A stretch of DNA of 24,132 bases from a virus (IMGVR_UViG_3300027533_000088:1-24132); one strand, 5' to 3'; shown: positions 8,650 through 16,208, counted from the first letter of the stretch. The notes: generated by a model from the letters alone, not told the origin. Numbers and translations: made by a program.

Positions 8650-10146
8650 ATGGCCCTGACTGGTGCGCTCCAAGCGGACTTTGATCCCTTCGTCAAGGAG
8701 GCGCAGAAAGCCAGCGCCGCGCTCGCCGTCATGGAGGGCGAAGCGAAAAAGACCGGCGACACGCTAGCGAAGACCGGGGCCACGATGGACGGGTTCGGGA
8801 GTACGGCCGGCAAGTCTGGCACCAGCCTGTCGCAAGTGACGACCGGGCTGCGCAGTGTCGACGGCTCGCTCAATGCCCTGGGGATGTCCATCGCCAAACC
8901 GATCGCGATGATCGAGGAGTTAGGCGTGGTCTCGAAGGCCAGCTTCGCCAGTTTAGGCCTGCTGGGCACCGCGGGCGCGGTCCTGGCCACCGGGCTGGCC
9001 GCGTTTGAGGCGGGGAAGTGGGTCGCGCAGTGGTCGGGCCTCAACGACATGATCGACATCACGGTCAAGTGGTTGGATCTGACCGGCGAAGCCGCGGAAA
9101 AGGCCGCGTATAAGCAGGAGATTCTCGCGAAAGCAAATCTCACCTCCGACCATGTCATCACCGATCTCACCGAGGCGATGGATCACAACTACAACCAGGT
9201 GAAAAAGCACACCGCCGAAGTGCAGACCGCGATTCATCGCCAGGCGGAATGGGAACGAGAAATCCGCAAGCATCGTGCCGAACTGCCGGCGATGCTGGCC
9301 GCGCTGGAAAATCACACCGCCACCATTGAACAACTGCATAAGCAGTACGGGATTGGCACGGAGGCGCTCACCTTCTACGTCGCAAAAACGAAAGACCAGA
9401 CCGCGGCGCATGACGAGGCGGCCAAGAAAGCGGAAGCGGCGGCGGCGGCGCAGCAGAAATTAAAAGACTCGCTGTTCGGCGGCGACAGCATCACGAAAGC
9501 GAACGAGATGATCGCCGCGCTCGGTGGCGTCGGCAACCTGTCGCGGATGACGACGGAGGAACAGACCAAGCTGAACGCCGCGGTCGGCGAGGCCGTCGAG
9601 ACCTATAAGCGGTGGGGCCAGACCGCGCCCACGACGTTAAACGAAATCTATGCGGCGACGGTGCGGCTGCCGCCGGTTGTCGACGGGCTGGGCGCCGAGT
9701 GGGCAAACGTCGGGACCAAGTTCACGATCAGCGCGGAGCCCATCCTGGCCGGCATTGCCAAGATGAAAGCCGAGACTGAGGCGTACGAAGCGGAAACGCA
9801 GTCGATGGCGCAGGCGTGGCAACAGGTGCCGCCGCCCGTCAAGGAATCGACCGCGTCGGTCGAGCGCCTGTCCGTGGCGATGTCGAGCGCCGTGCATCAG
9901 ACGGATTCGTTGTTCGAGAAGCTGCAGGCGGGCAAAGCACTGTTCGAGTCCTACCAGGCGGCCGGCGTCGCGACCGGGTCACAGATCGGCCTCGACCCGT
10001 ACAACTTCCGCAATCAGCAAAAGACGCTGCTGCCGACGATGTCCAGCACCGGCAACACGCTGAACGTCAACGTCAACAGCACCGAGGCCGGCGACATTGC
10101 CGGGAAGCTGGTCGACGAAATGCGGCGCAACGGGGTCCGGTTCTGA
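8650..10146 (+). CDS. Tape measure protein (short, 498 aa)
   Basis: Ala-rich helical composition, MALTGALQADFDPF start, NVNVN near the C-terminus, position after the chaperone. Confidence 0.88.
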   Translation: MALTGALQADFDPFVKEAQKASAALAVMEGEAKKTGDTLAKTGATMDGFGSTAGKSGTSLSQVTTGLRSVDGSLNALGMSIAKPIAMIEELGVVSKASFASLGLLGTAGAVLATGLAAFEAGKWVAQWSGLNDMIDITVKWLDLTGEAAEKAAYKQEILAKANLTSDHVITDLTEAMDHNYNQVKKHTAEVQTAIHRQAEWEREIRKHRAELPAMLAALENHTATIEQLHKQYGIGTEALTFYVAKTKDQTAAHDEAAKKAEAAAAAQQKLKDSLFGGDSITKANEMIAALGGVGNLSRMTTEEQTKLNAAVGEAVETYKRWGQTAPTTLNEIYAATVRLPPVVDGLGAEWANVGTKFTISAEPILAGIAKMKAETEAYEAETQSMAQAWQQVPPPVKESTASVERLSVAMSSAVHQTDSLFEKLQAGKALFESYQAAGVATGSQIGLDPYNFRNQQKTLLPTMSSTGNTLNVNVNSTEAGDIAGKLVDEMRRNGVRF

Positions 10147-12557
10147 TGCCGTCGCACGCCCATATTCCCGGCTGCGCGCGGCTGAACGTCGGCCGGCTGA
10201 ATGCCTTCCGGCTGAACTACGCCGAACCGATCACGTTCGTCGGCATCGGCGGGATCGACCGATCGCGGAATGTGCGCATCGAAGGCGCCGCGGTGCAGCA
10301 TGTCTTGAACGATGCGCCCGACACGGCGGGTGTGCGGGTGCACGGGTTCGCGCCACGCGCGGGCGAGGTGTTCAACCTGTATACCGGCGACCAGACCCCC
10401 GATCGGCAACTGTTCGGCGGGCGTATCCTGGAAAACACGGTCCTGTATGAGTCGATCAAGCAGAACGTCGCGTATGACGTGCAGGCGATCGATCACACCT
10501 GGCTCTTGAATCGGCGCCGCGTGTTGGCGCGGTACGTCAATGCGTACCCCAGCCAGATCGTGACGAGCATCCTGCAGGGGTTCGCGCCGGGGGTGACCGG
10601 GAATCACATCGCGTTCATCTCGACGATCATCGACGCGATCACGTTTACGAACGAAACCGTCGCGGCGTGCATTACGGCCGTCTGTGAACGGGTCGGGGCG
10701 TACTGGTATCTGGACTATCAGAACGACCTCCACCTGTACCTCACGGAAGCGCCCGACGCCAATCCGATCACCGACGCCAATCCGCGCGGGGCGAGTGCGA
10801 TCACACTCACCGAGGATCTGTCGCAAGTCGTGACGCGGGTGATTGCGCGCGGGGCCGGGGCCGGGGCCGCGGTCGACCTGGCGGCCGGCGCGACGGAGCT
10901 GCCGATCGATCTCGGCGATCAGGCGAATTTCTACCAGACCGGCGGGGGCGTCGCGGAAGTCGCGGCGCAGCGGCTGACGTATACCGGCGTGCGCGGGCTC
11001 GGCGCGGTCGGGGCGCTCGTCGGCAGCGGCAATGCCCCGAGTACTGCGCCCGTCGTGACGCAGGCGGGCGGCGGCGGCTCGTCACTGATCGCGGGCGGCG
11101 TTTACCAGTACGCCGTCACGTTCGTGACCGCGAGCGGCGAAACACTGCCAGGGCCGCTCGGCAGCGGGGCGCCGTCGGGCGCCGCCGTGCCGAACCCGGT
11201 CCAGGCGTACGCGCAGGATGGGTCATACGGTCCGTCTGGCGGCGACATCAATCAGCCGGTGGTCGGGGGCTCGTATCAGTTCCGGTATGTCTTGCCCTAC
11301 GACGGCGGGAGCTATGGCGTGGGCGCCGCCTCCGCGGCGGTGATCTATCACGGGAAATATTGGCAGCACCATTTCGGCTATACCGCGATGACCCCCGACG
11401 GGATCGTCTATTTCCCTGAGTTGCAGCCGGGGTACCCGAACTTCACCCCGCCCACGGGGCGCTACCGGCAGATCTGGATCTATCGCACCGTCAACGGCGG
11501 CTCGACGTTCTACGGCTGCGGGCATTACGACATGCCGACGCAAGCGGGATCGGCCCCGTCCGCGGCGCCGGGCGGCGTCGGGTGGTGGACGAACCCGATC
11601 CTGTGGAGTGATGCGGACACCATCGGCGGCGCGGGCGGCGGCGCCCTGCCGGCGGTCGGTCCGCCGTTCACGGCGCTCTATCTCAGTCAACTCCCGAAAT
11701 CCACGCTGCCCGCCGTCACGTCGCGCAAGCTCTATCGCACGGCCACGAACGGCGCGCAGCTCAAGTTGCTGGCGACGCTCAACACGACCGACACGGCGTA
11801 TGTCGACATCAAGGCGGATGCGACGCTCGGCGCGAACGCGCCCACGACCGACGCGTCGGCCATCCCCAGCGATACCGCGCAGCAGGTGCCCGCCGGGTCG
11901 ACGAGCCTCCCCGTGTCCGCGACCGGGCCGTTCGAGACCGACGGCGCCGCGGGCTGGGCGCGCGTGGGGAACATCGTGATCCGCTACACCGGCATCGGCA
12001 CGGGCACCTTGATCGGCCTGCCCGCGACCGGCCCCGGCGCACTCTCCGCGACCGTCCGTTATGGCTCGCAAGTCTTGGTGCAGCCCCGGCTGGTCGGCGT
12101 GGCCGGGCTGCTCTATGACCTCCGCAAAGGGGAATCGGTGGCGCTGCGGGTCGAAGTGGACGACCCCGCGGCGCAGGATGCCTTCGCCGCCCGGCTCGGG
12201 TCCGGCCAGCGCGCGGATGGCGTGGTGGAGGAAGTGTTCAGCGATTCGCGCATGACGATCGCGGAGTTGCTCGACTACGCTGCGGCGCTGCTCGCCGATC
12301 GCAAAGACCCGCGGCTGACGCTGCGCTTCGTCACCCGCGATCCGTCGGTGCAGGTCGGCCGGTTGATCGGCATCGACATCGCGACGCCGCCCATCAGTGG
12401 GAATTATCGCATCCAGCGGATCGCCTTCGACGAGATTGCGATCACGGGCGGGCTGTCGCGGACGGAGCCGCGGCGCACGGTCGAGGCCTCGAATAAGCTC
12501 TACACCTTTGCGGACCTGCTGCGCCGCCTGCGCGGCCGGGAAGGGGGCGCGTCCTAA
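10146..12557 (+). CDS. Tail tip / hub protein with inserted beta-rich adhesion-like domains (803 aa)
   Basis: TGATG overlap with the tape measure stop; hub-like motifs (LFGGRI, YWYLDYQNDLHLY, DLSQVVTRVIARG, VGRLIGID..YRIQRI); Gly/Thr/Pro-rich centre. The upstream part of the track ORF (9816-10145) overlaps the tape measure and is not used. Confidence 0.8.
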   Translation: MPSHAHIPGCARLNVGRLNAFRLNYAEPITFVGIGGIDRSRNVRIEGAAVQHVLNDAPDTAGVRVHGFAPRAGEVFNLYTGDQTPDRQLFGGRILENTVLYESIKQNVAYDVQAIDHTWLLNRRRVLARYVNAYPSQIVTSILQGFAPGVTGNHIAFISTIIDAITFTNETVAACITAVCERVGAYWYLDYQNDLHLYLTEAPDANPITDANPRGASAITLTEDLSQVVTRVIARGAGAGAAVDLAAGATELPIDLGDQANFYQTGGGVAEVAAQRLTYTGVRGLGAVGALVGSGNAPSTAPVVTQAGGGGSSLIAGGVYQYAVTFVTASGETLPGPLGSGAPSGAAVPNPVQAYAQDGSYGPSGGDINQPVVGGSYQFRYVLPYDGGSYGVGAASAAVIYHGKYWQHHFGYTAMTPDGIVYFPELQPGYPNFTPPTGRYRQIWIYRTVNGGSTFYGCGHYDMPTQAGSAPSAAPGGVGWWTNPILWSDADTIGGAGGGALPAVGPPFTALYLSQLPKSTLPAVTSRKLYRTATNGAQLKLLATLNTTDTAYVDIKADATLGANAPTTDASAIPSDTAQQVPAGSTSLPVSATGPFETDGAAGWARVGNIVIRYTGIGTGTLIGLPATGPGALSATVRYGSQVLVQPRLVGVAGLLYDLRKGESVALRVEVDDPAAQDAFAARLGSGQRADGVVEEVFSDSRMTIAELLDYAAALLADRKDPRLTLRFVTRDPSVQVGRLIGIDIATPPISGNYRIQRIAFDEIAITGGLSRTEPRRTVEASNKLYTFADLLRRLRGREGGAS

Positions 12558-13051
12558 TGGCCTTGAATCGTGCGTGGTACAACGCGCTGGTTGATGATGA
12601 CGGGTCCAACACGGTCGGCACCGTGTGGGGGAAAGACGATATCAAGAATCTGCTGGATTCGGTCGACCTCGAGATCGCGCGGCTCGACTCCAAGAAAACA
12701 ACCTGGACGCCGACGATCACGACCGACGGCGGATCGAACGTGGTGCAGGCCGGCACGACCTCCGTGCAAGCCGAGTACGCCATCAACGGCGACCAGCTCT
12801 TTTGGCATCTCGCCGTCGTCGGCATGGTGATCCCGGTGGCGACGGGCTACCTGCGCGTCGCGGCGCCGCCAGGCTATCCGACGGGGTACTACAACACGCC
12901 CGTCGTGCGGCTCTATACGGCGGCGGGGTATGAAGTCGGCTACATGAACAACGACCCGTCCGCGGTGATGTTCGTGCATCGCATGAACGCGGCCTGGGCG
13001 GCGGGCAGCGGGCAGCACGTGTTCGGGCAGGGGTTCTATTTCATTCGGTGA
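12557..13051 (+). CDS. Putative tail fibre / receptor-binding protein
   Basis: TAATG overlap; LVDDDGSNTVGTVW N-terminus, short coil, then WTPTIT..GFYF beta-rich head typical of small receptor-binding proteins. Confidence 0.65.
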   Translation: MALNRAWYNALVDDDGSNTVGTVWGKDDIKNLLDSVDLEIARLDSKKTTWTPTITTDGGSNVVQAGTTSVQAEYAINGDQLFWHLAVVGMVIPVATGYLRVAAPPGYPTGYYNTPVVRLYTAAGYEVGYMNNDPSAVMFVHRMNAAWAAGSGQHVFGQGFYFIR

Positions 13052-13063
13052 AGGGGGCAGCGT

Positions 13064-13336
13064 ATGGCGATGGTACAAGCCGGGCGGCAGTTCACGGCCG
13101 ACGATCTCAAGCGCACGGCGGGGAACCTCGCCAGCGTGATTACCGACACGGTGCAGAACGGCAGCGACTTTCGCGTGCAGCTCGAGTCGTGGCCCGATGC
13201 GGACCTGGTCGCGCTCGGACTGAGCCAGGAGGAGATCAACGCGATCAAAGGGTTCTTCGTCGGCGATCTGCCGGCGATCGCGGCGCAACTGCAGGCGTCG
13301 ACGTGGATCAAGCAATTGCTCGGGCTCGGGGTCTGA
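13064..13336 (+). CDS. Small helical hypothetical protein, end of structural operon
   Basis: AAGGGGG ribosome site; codon style matches the structural genes. Confidence 0.7.
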   Translation: MAMVQAGRQFTADDLKRTAGNLASVITDTVQNGSDFRVQLESWPDADLVALGLSQEEINAIKGFFVGDLPAIAAQLQASTWIKQLLGLGV

Positions 13337-13360
13337 TCGCAGGCGTAGAATCTCTCTGCA

Positions 13361-13939
13361 ATGCAGAAGCTCTGTAAGCGCTGTCAGAGATGGAAGGCGT
13401 TCACGGACTACCACTGCAATCGCGCCGCACGCGATGGCCGACGCGATGTCTGTAAAGCGTGTGCCATTGCGAAGACACGCGCATGGCAGCGTGAGAATCC
13501 TGAGCAGCGGCAGCAGTGGGAAGACACCCATCGCGAGACACGGCTCGCCCGGAAACGGCAGCAGTACCATCAGGATGCGCCGGCTCAACGCCAGCGAACG
13601 CGGCAGTGGCGGGCGTTGAATCCCGACACCTTCAAACAGGCCGTGCGTCGCTGGGCCGTGGCCCATCGAGACCGATGCGCGGCGTATATCCGTGAGCGCC
13701 GTCGCATGGAAGCCCAAGCGATGCTCGGCTGCCACAAGCGCGACTTGCGACCGATTTACGATCAGGCCGTCGCCTTAACCCGGCAGACCGGCATCCGGCA
13801 CAACGTGGATCACATCGTGCCGTTGAGACATCCGCTGGTCTGTGGGTTGCACGTTCCGGCGAATTTGCAAGTGCTCACGGCAGAGCAGAATCGTTTGAAA
13901 CACAACAGCTTCACGCCGTTGATGACCTGTAATTTTTAG
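13361..13939 (+). CDS. HNH endonuclease with N-terminal Zn-ribbon
   Basis: CKRC...CKAC N-terminus; HNVDHIVPL..VCGLHVPANLQVL..N..K.N HNH motif. Confidence 0.88.
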   Translation: MQKLCKRCQRWKAFTDYHCNRAARDGRRDVCKACAIAKTRAWQRENPEQRQQWEDTHRETRLARKRQQYHQDAPAQRQRTRQWRALNPDTFKQAVRRWAVAHRDRCAAYIRERRRMEAQAMLGCHKRDLRPIYDQAVALTRQTGIRHNVDHIVPLRHPLVCGLHVPANLQVLTAEQNRLKHNSFTPLMTCNF

Positions 13940-13965
13940 TTTTCATAGCCGCCGTTATCAGACCC
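13938..13965 (-). other. dif-like XerC/XerD recombination site
   Basis: Minus strand reads GGGTCTGATAA-CGGCGG-CTATGAAAACT, an 11-6-11 layout. Left arm ends in ATAA like E. coli dif; right arm matches B. subtilis dif TTATGTAAACT at 9/11. Confidence 0.55.
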
Positions 13966-14001
13966 TCTACCGTTTATTCGCCCCGACTGGAGGCTCGCTA
14001 G

Positions 14002-14199
14002 ATGGCTACCGTGTGTCCGAGAGACGGGAAGTCCTGTATCGACGACCTGTGCCGAGGCTCTGGAGTGTGCGGCATCACTGGTCGGGACATGTGGGATGAA
14101 TGTCCGACATGTCACGGCGTCTACTCGACTGAATTTGGCGTCGATTGCGCGTGTGAGCCGTGCGACGAGTACGACGACGACCCGCAGGACTGGGCATGA
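14002..14199 (+). CDS. Small Cys-rich hypothetical protein
   Basis: GGAGG ribosome site; several Cys including CPTC; acidic tail. Confidence 0.7.
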   Translation: MATVCPRDGKSCIDDLCRGSGVCGITGRDMWDECPTCHGVYSTEFGVDCACEPCDEYDDDPQDWA

Positions 14200-14360
14200 C
14201 GACGGTCGAGTGGGTAGTCGTGGCCGTCGTGCCATTCATCTGCGGACTTCTCGGCACCCTGTTGCTTGGATGGCTCGGTCGGCGGCAACAGGCTGCGAAC
14301 TACATGGCCGAGTGCCTGCTTGGTGAGCACAAGCCACAGTCGGCGCCACAGTGGCGCTGA
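14196..14360 (+). CDS. Small single-TM membrane protein
   Basis: ATGA overlap; WVVVAVVPFICGLLGTLLLGWLG hydrophobic run followed by RR. Confidence 0.65.
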   Translation: MTTVEWVVVAVVPFICGLLGTLLLGWLGRRQQAANYMAECLLGEHKPQSAPQWR

Positions 14361-14574
14361 ACATGTCGCACTCACATTCGCGGGCCGATGCCGCGAACGC
14401 CATGCAGGGGCCGCTACTCGGATGAAGGTTCTGCCGATGCCCACAGCGGCACAGCACGTCGCGCGGCCTGCCGCCCTTTTTCCCGTTGGCGCGGGCGGCC
14501 TCCGTCTTGGCCTCGCTGCGGACCTTGCCGCCCTTCCGGCCAAGGGCGACGGCGGCGGGGTTTTTACGGGTCAT
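14236..14574 (-). CDS. Small basic KGG-motif protein with Cys-rich segment
   Basis: ATGA overlap with the upstream gene; KNPAAVALGRKGG...SEAKTEAARANGKKGGRP; tail overlaps the convergent gene by 125 nt. Confidence 0.7.
   Translation of the reverse strand: MTRKNPAAVALGRKGGKVRSEAKTEAARANGKKGGRPRDVLCRCGHRQNLHPSSGPCMAFAASARECECDMFSATVAPTVACAHQAGTRPCSSQPVAADRAIQATGCREVRR
14333..14355 (+). repeat. R0: GCCACAGT x2 with 12-bp period, including palindrome GCCACAGTGGC
   Basis: GCCACAGT at 14333-14340 and 14345-14352; palindrome resembles GCCACGGTGGC in R2/R3. Confidence 0.55.
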
Positions 14575-14801
14575 GAGAACACCTTCATGCTGCCGATGAT
14601 GCCCAGTAGCCGCTTGCACTCGTCGCACTCGCATGGCTTCACGAGTGCCAGCTTGGCCCGTGCGGCACTCTTGGTGTCCTCGACAATCCCATGTGTGCCA
14701 GGGTCGTCGCCGTTCTGGAATCCTGGCCGCAGGAAGATCCAGAAACCATCACTGTCCCGATACTCGTTCTGCACGATGTCTGCCCGCTTGAGTCGTGGCA
14801 T
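14571..14801 (-). CDS. Hypothetical protein (CECDEC motif)
   Basis: GAGGTG ribosome site and a consensus promoter immediately upstream. Confidence 0.75.
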   Translation of the reverse strand: MPRLKRADIVQNEYRDSDGFWIFLRPGFQNGDDPGTHGIVEDTKSAARAKLALVKPCECDECKRLLGIIGSMKVFS

Positions 14802-14820
14802 GTCTTCACCTCAGGACACT

Positions 14821-14849
14821 ATTATAACCGAAGCGGTTAGGTTTGTCAA
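14821..14849 (-). promoter_or_regulatory. Consensus sigma70 promoter with palindromic operator
   Basis: Minus strand TTGACA (14849-14844), 17 bp spacer, TATAAT (14826-14821); palindrome TAACCG-AAG-CGGTTA at 14825-14839. Confidence 0.85.
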
Positions 14850-14861
14850 GTGGGCCAGTTC

Positions 14862-14908
14862 GAGGCTGACGGCTCCCAGTCCGGCGACCAGTGCCACGTT
14901 GGCGGGGC
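14862..14908 (+). repeat. Cassette-boundary repeat R1
   Basis: GAGGCTGACGGCTCCCAGTCCGGCGACCAGTGCCACGTTGGCGGGGC; 45/47 identical to R3. Confidence 0.95.
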
Positions 14909-14913
14909 TTTGA

Positions 14914-14928
14914 CCGCCGTTATCAGAC
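14914..14928 (+). repeat. Second copy of CCGCCGTTATCAGAC (dif-like spacer plus XerC-like arm)
   Basis: Exact 15-bp direct repeat of 13949-13963. Confidence 0.8.
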
Positions 14929-14950
14929 TCAGACGGGCGAGGATTTAACG

Positions 14951-15415
14951 ATGGATAGACGCGATCCGTGGGAAGAATTAGCTGACAGATTCTTTGTTGC
15001 GGGGCAGATGGACGCACAAGGGGCCGCTGCCGAGAGGCGAAAGACACCAGGCGAGTCCTCCGCTGATCCCCGAGCGTCACGAGAGGCGCTGGCGAAGAAG
15101 CTGGAGGAAATTGCAGGATGCATTGACGCTGATTGGCCTGTTGGCTCTGTCAGCGCAGCCACGCTGCGTGAAGCCGCTGGACTTCTGCGTCCGAGTCCGA
15201 GCCATTCATCGGAGGTCGCTCGTCTTGACAAACTACGGAAGACCTTTGAGCAGTTGCAGCGGTCAGCGGCTGCCGAACGTCGGCGGGATCGGTTTGATGC
15301 CGAGGAGTCACTGCGGAACAAGGCCAACGCGACAGCAGAGGAGTTCATCGCGAAAGCCGCTGCGCTCCTGTCTCTCCCTGTCCCCACAAAACAAGAGCAG
15401 GAAGATCTGCCGTGA
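14951..15415 (+). CDS. Hypothetical helical protein (cassette 1)
   Basis: GAGGA ribosome site; stop TGA is the first triplet of repeat R2. Confidence 0.7.
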   Translation: MDRRDPWEELADRFFVAGQMDAQGAAAERRKTPGESSADPRASREALAKKLEEIAGCIDADWPVGSVSAATLREAAGLLRPSPSHSSEVARLDKLRKTFEQLQRSAAAERRRDRFDAEESLRNKANATAEEFIAKAAALLSLPVPTKQEQEDLP

Positions 15416-15449
15416 CGGCTACCAGTCCGGCGACCAGTGCCACGGTGGC
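15413..15449 (+). repeat. Cassette-boundary repeat R2
   Basis: TGACGGCTACCAGTCCGGCGACCAGTGCCACGGTGGC, 37/37 identical to 15676-15712. Confidence 0.95.
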
Positions 15450-15462
15450 TGGGCTGGTGTGA

Positions 15463-15672
15463 ATGTCTGGAAGTTTAAAGCCGGGGCTCTGCTGCCCTCT
15501 CTGCGGCCGGTCGGTGCTCCTCGTGTATCACGAGTGGAGCGAGGCGGTGTTGTTTGAGTATCACCACCACGAGGACGCGGAGCGCGATCGACGCGGGGAA
15601 GCGCCGCAACCGTGCGTCGTCGTCTTGCCGTACGACGAAGGCCAGGCGCGTTATCGGGAGGAGTCCGCGTGA
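15463..15672 (+). CDS. Small hypothetical protein with CPLC motif (cassette 2)
   Basis: Exactly fills the R2-R3 interval; stop overlaps the start of R3. Confidence 0.7.
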   Translation: MSGSLKPGLCCPLCGRSVLLVYHEWSEAVLFEYHHHEDAERDRRGEAPQPCVVVLPYDEGQARYREESA

Positions 15673-15717
15673 GGCTGACGGCTACCAGTCCGGCGACCAG
15701 TGCCACGGTGGCGGGGC
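15671..15717 (+). repeat. Cassette-boundary repeat R3
   Basis: GAGGCTGACGGCTACCAGTCCGGCGACCAGTGCCACGGTGGCGGGGC. Confidence 0.95.
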
Positions 15718-15718
15718 A

Positions 15719-15949
15719 ATGACCATGCGCGAAAGCGAACAGGACCGACTAACGCGGCGCGGGTTCGACGGGCTATATCACCCTGACCCGGCGATGCAGT
15801 GCGGGTGCTTTCTCCACGACCTACGCCCGTGCGGGCAAGTCGGCACCGGGTGCCGTGGGGGGCACGCTGACGCAGAGGGCACTGGGGTCTATAAGCCATC
15901 GGCGGCTACCAGTCAGGCTACCAGTGGCCGTTTTATTGGGCTTTTTTAA
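15719..15949 (+). CDS. Small Cys-containing hypothetical protein (cassette 3)
   Basis: ATG 1 nt after R3; GFDGLY...CGC..DL.PC motif; reads through R4. Confidence 0.65.
   Translation: MTMRESEQDRLTRRGFDGLYHPDPAMQCGCFLHDLRPCGQVGTGCRGGHADAEGTGVYKPSAATSQATSGRFIGLF
15903..15929 (+). repeat. Partial repeat R4 (GGCTACCAGT x2, 12-bp period)
   Basis: CGGCTACCAGTCAGGCTACCAGTGGCC. Confidence 0.8.
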
Positions 15950-15962
15950 CGATCCGTTGGGC

Positions 15963-16208
15963 TCATAATCCAACGAGCGTGATCGGATCCTCTTCCTCCT
16001 CCTCCTCTTCCTGCCCGCTGAGTTGTCGTGCGATCGACAGCAGGAGCCGCTGCTGCGCGGGTTCCAGCTTCTCGAAGACGCGCAACAGCCTCAACAACTC
16101 CAATCGACTCGGCCCAGACGCATCGCTTGCCGATACGTTGCCAGCCGGGGTGCCAGCCGATCGCCTTTTTCGTCGTATCGGTTTATCGGTCAATCTGGCG
16201 CCTTTCAT
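15963..16208 (-). CDS. Small hypothetical protein, repressor C-terminal-like helix pair, poly-Glu tail
   Basis: LLRVFEKLEPAQQRLLLSIARQL resembles the neighbouring 16303-16500 product; start uncertain. Confidence 0.5.
   Translation of the reverse strand: MKGARLTDKPIRRKRRSAGTPAGNVSASDASGPSRLELLRLLRVFEKLEPAQQRLLLSIARQLSGQEEEEEEEDPITLVGL
16139..16159 (+). repeat. Putative integrase arm-type sites (left pair) TGCCAGCCG x2
   Basis: TGCCAGCCG at 16139-16147 and 16151-16159. Confidence 0.75.

Noticed and set aside
9816-10145. Upstream extension of the tail-tip ORF
   Set aside because: Overlaps the tape measure gene; TGATG coupling at 10146 gives the better start.
10146-13051. Diversity-generating retroelement targeting tail genes
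   Set aside because: No reverse transcriptase and no TR/VR pair with adenine-specific mismatches seen.
14862-15929. CRISPR array interpretation of R1-R4
   Set aside because: Intervals are 224-546 bp, unequal and gene-containing; no cas genes.
14862-15929. Classical integron attC sites
   Set aside because: No RYYYAAC...GTTRRRY ends or long imperfect palindrome; the integrase lacks a recognisable IntI insertion.
14862-15929. Shufflon/invertible segments
   Set aside because: All repeat copies are in direct orientation; no inverted copy was seen.
15988-16011. (TCC)n microsatellite as a phase-variation tract
   Set aside because: Triplet repeat encoding poly-Glu; slippage would not shift the frame.
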